Assembly: GCA_964548075.1 (NCBI GenBank)
Contig: CAZJQQ010000005.1
Span: 64,252-128,251 of the forward strand
Reading direction: 5' to 3'
DNA from: an uncultured Clostridia bacterium
GTDB lineage: Bacteria > Acidobacteriota > Blastocatellia > UBA7656
DNA length: 64,000 nucleotides
Below the pieces are notes generated by a model, which was not told where the DNA came from, ran no database searches, and saw only the letters and a program-made list of their open reading frames with translations. Each line of letters begins with the position of its first letter. Position 1 is the stretch's first letter. Below, in pieces: positions 54,887 through 62,100 of this stretch. Made by a program: the position numbers and the translations under genes.

Positions 54887-55771
54887 TTACGATAGAGTGC
54901 GCTTCAGATACTCAAAGGCCGTTCGCGTTCCCTCGATTGGGTTTGCCGATTCCGGCTCGTATTCAATGTTTGCAGCGTACTTGAATTTGATCTGCTTTAG
55001 CAGCTTCATTGTCTCGGCTATCGGCGTCGCCGCTTCGCCGAATCTTCGCTGTGTGTGATCCGCGTCTTTGTCTCTGTCCTTGATGTGAAGACTCACAATG
55101 CGTTTGTGATGCTCGCGAATGTACGACACCGGATCAAACCCCGCCGCATAAAAGTGCCCGACATCAAGATTGATGCTCAGATACTCGGACGCGCCCTTCA
55201 ACGCGCTCGCGAAATCATCCGGCGTTTCAAACTCCTGACTCCTGTTCCCCTTGAATCCTGCGTAGCCAAACCAGTGATTGTGCAGCCCGAGTTTGATTCT
55301 GTATTTCTGGCACCACTGATCGAGCTTTGGCACGATCGGTTTCTTCACCGACGCGGTCATCACGTTGGTTCCGAGCAGCAGCGCGCCGTTGAATCCGCGA
55401 TCCAGATAATCGTCCTTTGAGTCGACGGGAAAGTTCACGCAATAAGCGCCGACACGAATCCCGGCGTCGTCGAACTTCTTCTTGATCACCTTGAAATCGG
55501 CCTCAGAGGCCTTTCCTGGGTTCAGGTGTCCGTCCCACAGCTCGATGTTGCTCAAGCCGATGGCGACCATCGCTTCAATCATCTTATCGACGCTGAAAGC
55601 GCGGAACGTGTAGCTCTGCACTCCGACTTGAATGCCGCCGAATATCGAAGGTTTTACTTTGTCGCTTGGTGATCTGAACCCAAACCCGGTGACTGCTCCG
55701 GCCAATCCCAAACCGAATTGTCTTCGTGTGATTTGTTCCACAGTGGTCCCCTTTCTATTCCAGTGCTTCAT
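54887..55771 (-). CDS. Tat-exported sugar phosphate isomerase/epimerase (xylose isomerase-like TIM barrel)
   Basis: Internal start MKHWNRKGTTVEQITRRQFGLGLAGAVTGFGF (Tat motif), then the TIM-barrel family pattern (…NIELWDGH…, LGLHNHW…). Confidence 0.75.
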   Translation of the reverse strand: MKHWNRKGTTVEQITRRQFGLGLAGAVTGFGFRSPSDKVKPSIFGGIQVGVQSYTFRAFSVDKMIEAMVAIGLSNIELWDGHLNPGKASEADFKVIKKKFDDAGIRVGAYCVNFPVDSKDDYLDRGFNGALLLGTNVMTASVKKPIVPKLDQWCQKYRIKLGLHNHWFGYAGFKGNRSQEFETPDDFASALKGASEYLSINLDVGHFYAAGFDPVSYIREHHKRIVSLHIKDRDKDADHTQRRFGEAATPIAETMKLLKQIKFKYAANIEYEPESANPIEGTRTAFEYLKRTLS

Positions 55772-55847
55772 AAAGCGGGCGCGAATGCGTGGCATCATAG
55801 TGGAAGACTCTGCAAAGCGCAAAGGCCAGAAAAGCAAGGGCAGAAGA

Positions 55848-55923
55848 GCATGGAGTTCAGGCTTTAGCCTGGTCTTGGCTCGGCCAATCAGAACGAACAC
55901 AGGCTAAAGCCTGAACTCCATGC
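55848..55923. promoter_or_regulatory. 23-bp perfect inverted repeat in divergent promoter region (candidate operator or palindromic element)
   Basis: catggagttcaggctttagcctg (55849-55871) pairs with caggctaaagcctgaactccatg (55900-55922), 28-nt spacer. Located between the divergently transcribed isomerase (start 55771) and GMC oxidoreductase (start 56023). Confidence 0.5.
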
Positions 55924-56022
55924 ATCTTCTATCTCGGCGCTTTGCCCTTTGCTCTCTTCTGCTTCTCTGTGATAGCTTCTCGCGCGTCAACCATCTAGTA
56001 CACGCTCACGCCGGAGGCCGCA

Positions 56023-57732
56023 GTGGCACAGCAGAAGACCTACGACGCAATAATCATCGGCTCGGGCGCCACCGGCGGGATGGCCGCAAAAGAACTCACC
56101 GAGCGCGGCATGCAAGTGCTCGTGCTCGAAGCCGGCCCGCCCGTGAATCCCGCACGCGACCTCAGCTCCCACCGCTGGCCTTTCCAGTCCATGTATCGCG
56201 GCTTTGGCGCGCCCGGTTGGAAAGACCAGGATCAATGGATGCAAGCGACCGCCGGCGAGTTTAGCCGCCAGTTCTACGTCAAAGACACCGAGCATCCTTA
56301 CACCACCGATCCGGGCAAACCCTTCCTCTGGGTGCGGGCGCGAATCGTCGGCGGGAAGACGCTTCACTGGGGACGCATGTCCTATCGGCACTCGGACCTT
56401 GATTTCAAAGCCGCCAGCAACGACGGCTTCGGCGACGACTGGCCAATTAGCTACCAGGAACTTGCCCCGTACTACGACAAAGCCGAAGAGTTCATAGGCG
56501 TGAGCGGAAACCGCGACGGCTTGCCGCACCTGCCCGACGGAAACTTCATGCCGCCCATGAAGCTCAACTGCGGCGAGCACCTCCTGCGCAAAGGCGCGGA
56601 GAAAGTTGGACGGCGCGGAATCCCAATGCGGCTGGCGATGCTCACCGGACAGCCCAAGGCCCATATGAAAGGGCGCCTGAAGTGTCACTACTGCGGCAAC
56701 TGCGGCGACGGCTGTGATGTTGGAGCGATGTTCAACTCGCTCAGTTCGACGCTGCCGGTGGCTGAAGCGACCGGCCGGATGACGCTCCGGCCCAATTCGA
56801 TTGTCCGGCACATAATCGTCGACACAAATACGAGCAAGGCCAAAGGCGTCGCCTTTGTAGATCGAGTCACTCATCAGGAGTATGAGGCAGTTGGCAAAAT
56901 AATCGTGCTCGGCGCGTCGACTCTCGAATCGACTCGCATTTTGCTCAACTCGAAGTCGCGGCAGCATCCGAATGGACTTGGCAATTCCTCGGGCAAGCTG
57001 GGTCATTACTTGATGGACCACTTCGGCGGAATCGGCGCGAGCGGCTACTTCAACGTGCTCGCCAGCCGCGATCCGGTGAATGAAGACGGCAAGACTTCCG
57101 GCTTGCTGATACCCCGGTTCCGCAACGTGAGCAAAGAAACAAAGCAGCAGCGTTTTGTTCGCGGCTACGGGTTCGAGTGTGGTTCGGGCGCGCGCATGTT
57201 TCCCGCGTTCGTCAAGAACCCGGCGGTGACGCCCGGCTTCGGCTCGGAATTCAAACAGCGAGTGCGGCGCTACTACACGACTCCGGTGAGCCTGACGACT
57301 CGCGCAGAGATGCTCGCGCGGATTGAGAACTACGCGGAGATCGACCCGGCTGGCGTCGTCGACGCGTGGGGCATACCGGTGTTGAAGATCCACATCCAGT
57401 ACTCGGACAACGAGCGCGAGATGGCTCGCGACGCCGCGCAAACCAGCGAAGAGATACTTCGCGCAGCGGGCGCAGAGGTTGTCTCGACTGGAGGCCGTAT
57501 GACCGCGCCGGGGCGGATCATTCACGAGCTGGGCACTGCGCGCATGGGCAATGACCCGAAGACGTCGGTGCTGAACAAGTTCAATCAGAGTTGGGACGTG
57601 AAGAACTTGTTTGTAATTGACGGCGCATGCTTCGTTACGAGCGCGAACCAGAACCCGACGCTTACGATGCTGGCGCTGACGATGCGCGCGTGTGATCGAC
57701 TCGCGGATGAGTACAAGAGAGGGAATCTTTAA
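56023..57732 (+). CDS. GMC family FAD-dependent oxidoreductase (paralog of 51038-52726)
   Basis: YDAIIIGSGATGGMAAKEL and a GMC C-terminal region (HELGTARMG); 569 aa. Confidence 0.85.
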   Translation: MAQQKTYDAIIIGSGATGGMAAKELTERGMQVLVLEAGPPVNPARDLSSHRWPFQSMYRGFGAPGWKDQDQWMQATAGEFSRQFYVKDTEHPYTTDPGKPFLWVRARIVGGKTLHWGRMSYRHSDLDFKAASNDGFGDDWPISYQELAPYYDKAEEFIGVSGNRDGLPHLPDGNFMPPMKLNCGEHLLRKGAEKVGRRGIPMRLAMLTGQPKAHMKGRLKCHYCGNCGDGCDVGAMFNSLSSTLPVAEATGRMTLRPNSIVRHIIVDTNTSKAKGVAFVDRVTHQEYEAVGKIIVLGASTLESTRILLNSKSRQHPNGLGNSSGKLGHYLMDHFGGIGASGYFNVLASRDPVNEDGKTSGLLIPRFRNVSKETKQQRFVRGYGFECGSGARMFPAFVKNPAVTPGFGSEFKQRVRRYYTTPVSLTTRAEMLARIENYAEIDPAGVVDAWGIPVLKIHIQYSDNEREMARDAAQTSEEILRAAGAEVVSTGGRMTAPGRIIHELGTARMGNDPKTSVLNKFNQSWDVKNLFVIDGACFVTSANQNPTLTMLALTMRACDRLADEYKRGNL

Positions 57733-57740
57733 ACTTTTTT

Positions 57741-57832
57741 GGACTGCGGCGGGAAGGTACTCCGCGACGCCGCTTTTTCTCTGCGAATCGGAAACAAAAG
57801 CGGCGTCGCGGAGTACCTTGCCGCCGCAGTCC
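57741..57832. repeat. 36-bp-stem palindrome 8 nt after the GMC stop (REP/MITE-like or protein-binding site)
   Basis: ggactgcggcgggaaggtactccgcgacgccgctttt pairs with aaaagcggcgtcgcggagtaccttgccgccgcagtcc (1 mismatch), loop about 18 nt. It generates identical N-termini in two artefactual track ORFs (MDCGGKVLRDAAF). Confidence 0.55.
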
Positions 57833-57850
57833 AAATCCGCCGCAGCCTAA

Positions 57851-58477
57851 ATGAAGGTCGAGGGAGCGATGTTCGGACGAGCACAGAAACGAGCGAAGCT
57901 GGGAGCCGTTGCGAAACCCGCTAAGTTGCATTCGATCGCGGCGAAGATGCGCGAGCGCAGTTTCGCCGGCCGCTTCGATGTCGCCGGTGTCAGCTACAGT
58001 TTCACTTACTCTCCTGCGAAGGCGGCAGTGGAGGGTGTCAAACTCCAGCTAACCGGAAACTTGACCGTAATTGACGGACGCCCCAACGCTCGCGTTCCTC
58101 CGCGCGATCTTCGCAACGTTCGAGCCACGCTGGTTGCAACTCAAGGCGGGATTGGAACTGCGCCGCCGCGCAAGAAGCTACCAGCTGACATTACCACGCC
58201 TCGCGCCGATTTGCCTGTTGTCGAAAGCACCGGCTCGCTTTCGTTTTGCGGCGTGCTCTACTTTAAATTCGCGCCGTTGGAAGGCCGGGCTTTGGGCGTG
58301 CCTGCGGATATGAGGCAGTTACAATTGAACGTGCGGTTAGCGCCAGTCAACGAAGTTGAGCGGGGACTTCAGGGCGCGTTCAGTTCAATAGTCGACGCTC
58401 TTTACGGGAAACAGGTTGATGGGTCTTCGGCTGAGGCGGCGGTCAGCGAGCTTAACAAACTACTCGGCGGTAATTGA
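57851..58477 (+). CDS. hypothetical protein
   Basis: 208-aa ORF with no recognisable motif; an alternative start MFGRAQ lies at 57869. Confidence 0.3.
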   Translation: MKVEGAMFGRAQKRAKLGAVAKPAKLHSIAAKMRERSFAGRFDVAGVSYSFTYSPAKAAVEGVKLQLTGNLTVIDGRPNARVPPRDLRNVRATLVATQGGIGTAPPRKKLPADITTPRADLPVVESTGSLSFCGVLYFKFAPLEGRALGVPADMRQLQLNVRLAPVNEVERGLQGAFSSIVDALYGKQVDGSSAEAAVSELNKLLGGN

Positions 58478-58613
58478 TCCGCGCTCGAATCCTGGGGGCT
58501 CTGAAATCCTTCGAGACAAGCGTTGTCTTGCGAGGCAAAAAAAACGGATGCTAGAATGCTTGCGGTCCAAGAAACGCGTTTGGGCCTGAAGCAAAGCATG
58601 TTGAGTCAGATCT

Positions 58614-58655
58614 GGCGGCGTAGCTCAGGTGGTTAGAGCGTGGGATTCATAACCC
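58614..58655 (+). pseudogene. tRNA-Met(CAT) 5' half (acceptor 5' strand, D-arm, anticodon stem 5' strand and loop); truncated tRNA gene
   Basis: ggcggcg ta gctc aggtggtta gagc g tggga ttCATaa then ccctac. There is no complementary 3' anticodon stem, T-arm or 3' acceptor strand downstream. Confidence 0.55.
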
Positions 58656-59144
58656 TACTCAATGCTCGTCCTTCCTTTTCTATCTAAGTCTAAAACGTTC
58701 TATCTACTGCGATTTGTAGCCAGCCGGATTGCAATCAATTTCGATGGACTACCACCCTTTTCTACAAAGTCCTGCCACATATATGCCACAATGTGGCAAG
58801 GTGTAGGTGAGCGAAATCGTGTCGCTCAATACAAGTCCCGAGTTGTTTTCATAAGCGCCGCGAAGATGAATTGTTCCGAACAGGTCCTTAGCTTGGTGAT
58901 CCTTAGGTTGTTGTGTGAAGGAAGGCAAGCTCGACGAGGCCAAGAAATGCCGAAGTCGTCGATCAGGTTAGGTGATCACAGGCTGCCGGAGAACTGTTGA
59001 AACGGTCGTTCAGGTCCTCGGCGCGAGCGTAGTACCATCCTGACCGTGCGAGACTGGCGCTGTGCGAACGGTGCTCCTCCGTGATTGGGTCCGATGTGAG
59101 CATCAGGCGACAAGCAATACCTACCCGAGGCCTGTCCCTCGCGA

Positions 59145-62100
59145 TCATGTCAGTTTGTAATGCACGATGAGATAGAGGTCCTCCACTTCAGGTGGGTTCT
59201 TAGTGAGCCTTCCGTAAGCCGGTGACGGGCCTGCTGACGGTGGGAGGCTTGGCGTCGGATTCTGTTTTAGTTTCACAGTCATTGGCTTGGCGATATCCAG
59301 ATCTACCAGGTTGGTGCCAGCAGTGGTCGTGTCAGACACGTCTATCGTTGCGATTTTCAGTTTGTCGTAAGAATCCTTAGTCAGCATGTTGATGTCTGAA
59401 GATGTGATGGCGACCTCAGGGTTAGTATTACGTCTCACGTAGGAAATCATCGTCTGGTAAGCCCCCGGCTGCGTACACCTCGCAAGGACTTCGATCTTCA
59501 TCACGACGACATTCCAGTCTTGCGCGAAGAACGGAAACCGCTCCTTCCCCAGGGTGAAGGACAGGATTTGTTCAGCGCCTTCGGCGGTGGGGTGCAAGAA
59601 CCTGTACCACTCGGTCGAGAACTCGTGCTTCATGCTAAACATCTGCATCAATGGCGATTCAGTCAGTGCGGCGGTGTTCCTCAGGAACTCCTTCGTGTCG
59701 GTCGTAGCTTTGTCCTTGAAGGGGCCGCCGTTTTCTCTTGCCGTGTAGTCGAGATGCAGAATTACGTCGGAGATAGTCGCATAGTCGAATTGCCGCAGCT
59801 CTTTTTCCGTCGACAGCTCGATTTGCCACTCGCTGATTGCGCCCGCCCGTTCGAACGGCAAATAGCGCTCGTCGCGGAAATTGAATTCAAACATACCGGA
59901 GTCGTTCTGGGCCGTGCTGGTGGCGATGGCGGTTACCGGCGTGTGATTCGTGCGGAAACGGACATCGTCAATCGGCAGTCCCTGATCGCTTTCGTGCTCG
60001 TAGTTGCCTGCGCCGTTCATCGTCGTGTTGATGCGAACTGAATTATTCAACAACCGCAATGAACAGCTCACGGAGGAGTAAGGCCCAACGACACAGGGGA
60101 TGGAGAGTCGCACTGCCTTGATACGCCTGAAGTAATGGCCGCGGAAGTCGAGATCGAACAACTCTTCGGGCAGAGACACGTGGCAGGTGCCGGTCTCGCG
60201 CAACTCGATAAGCGCAAGAGGATTGAGCCTTGCGAGTGAAACGCTCTTGGCCAGTTCAAGCTCGCGGCGATTTTCTTCGAGGTAGGATTTCTCTAACTGC
60301 CGTAGCGCCAATTGCAGCTTGTCGCCGGAAATCAAACCCTGTGTCGAGTTATCCCAATAGCCGTACTGGATGAAGCTCGCCGTTTCCGTTCCCATTTCGT
60401 ACTGGTAGGCCTTCTCCACTTTCTTGGCCATGTCGTAAGCGAGGTTGTAGCTCTGCTTGTACACAGCGAAGAGCTGTTCCTTCATCCACTGGTACAACTC
60501 CTGGTTCGTGAACTTGTCCTTGAGGAACAGCTCCACTTCTTTCGCGTTTTTGATCTGTTGCTTGTGGTTCTCCAACTCCTTTTGCGTCACCTGGACTCTA
60601 ATGTCTGCCGAGGTGATTTGCTTATCGAGTTGAATAATCTCTCTCGCCGCCAGATTGGCCTGCAGTGTCCAGTCCTGCTCACGGCGGATGTAGCCGGCCA
60701 TTTTCGCAGCCAGAACAGCTTGATGAGAGCTGAATCCTCCGATGAATTCGAATACCTTTCCCGCAGAACTCAGCGCATTGCCTAGTTGAGTGCCCCCCCA
60801 GAGCAAGCCTGCTCCAAGACCAATGGGTTTGAAATCTGGGGTTATCGTGGGAAAGAGATGCGCCAGCCCCGACAGCTGCTCCATTGCCTGGGCAGCTATC
60901 TGCCAATCACGAGCAGTATTGATGCTATCTATTTCGTCTTTTTCCCTTCGAATCAGCTTCACACCATTCTCGTCGCTATTGACCAACGACACATCCACAT
61001 CCGCTCTTATAGTCGCGATAGTTGTGTCGGCCGGCAGTTGGCCGTCAGCGGTCAACGTGGCGCTTATCGTCGGCACGGCGGGAACGGTGACGGAAACGTT
61101 GCCGAGCAGGTCCTTTAGGTAATGTTGCAAACGGAAAGATGCGGTCTCTCTCACCTTCAGCAGATTCTCCTTACCCGCCTTCGCCTCAAGCACCTGGCGT
61201 TCCTTGATGGCAGTCATCAGCTCGAGCATCTGCGTTTCGTGCGAGGCACGCAAACGGCCGAGCTCCTCGCCGTCCTTTTTCTCGAGCGCCGATAGCAGCG
61301 CGTTCCCCAGCGCTTTCACGTCTGAACAAAACTCGTTGGCCTTCTGAATGAGAAACGAGAACCGGTAGATCGGCGCTGGGCTGCTGAGGTCGGCGAGGAT
61401 GCTGCCGAGGCTCAAGCCCTGCGAGGCGGCCAGAATGAGCGCGGCCGGATCGATGGGCGGCGCAAAGAGCGCCAGCTTGCGCTCGACGCCGTCGAGGTTT
61501 TGGCAATGGCGGATCTTGAATAACCGGTCCGCCACCGTATCCCAATACTCGAGCAACTTTTCGTTAGGAGGAATGCAGAAGTACAACGCCGATCCAACGC
61601 CAAGCAAATTTGTGCCGGTAGAAGAATCGCTGACGCTCGCTTCGCTGCTGTAGGGAAAAAGATTTTCAAGCTGGACCAGAGCGTTCGAGAAATCGTCCCA
61701 CTTGTCTTTGAGGCTCTCGTACGACTCGGCTTTGATCTCCCCGCGCTTCGGGACAAACTCGGGACGCGGTCCCAAAATGTGGTTGGCAATCACGTAAATC
61801 TGAAGCGCTTCGTTCACGCTTTCCATCGTGTCTTGCCGGAACAAGGAATCGCCCCAGGCCACCAGGTTCTCTACATACTTCATGACCACGTGTTTCATGT
61901 AGGCCAGCGGGCGGTTGGCGGCGACCAGGTGCGGGTCAAACGGATTTTTTCGCCACTCGGCAATGACGGGGTCTTCGGTATTCGTACTGGGTGACAAGCT
62001 CCGGAACCAGTCCTCGAGGTTTCGCGCGGGCGTCGTTTTGAACGGAAGCACTTTCCAGTAGCGGGAGGTTTCCGATTCCCCGGCGCCTGGCATTGCATCG

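Noticed and set aside
57741-57832. Rho-independent terminator of the GMC oxidoreductase gene
   Set aside because: A T-run precedes rather than follows the hairpin on the plus strand, and an A-run follows on the minus strand. The stem (36 bp) is far longer than typical terminators. Treated as a palindromic element instead.
58481-58660. Complete tRNA gene (possible T-arm-like tcgaatcc at ~58488 plus the 5' half at 58614)
   Set aside because: The tcgaatcc motif lies upstream of the 5' half, not downstream, and has no flanking stems. The 5' half lacks any complementary 3' strands. It cannot fold into a cloverleaf, so it is called a fragment.
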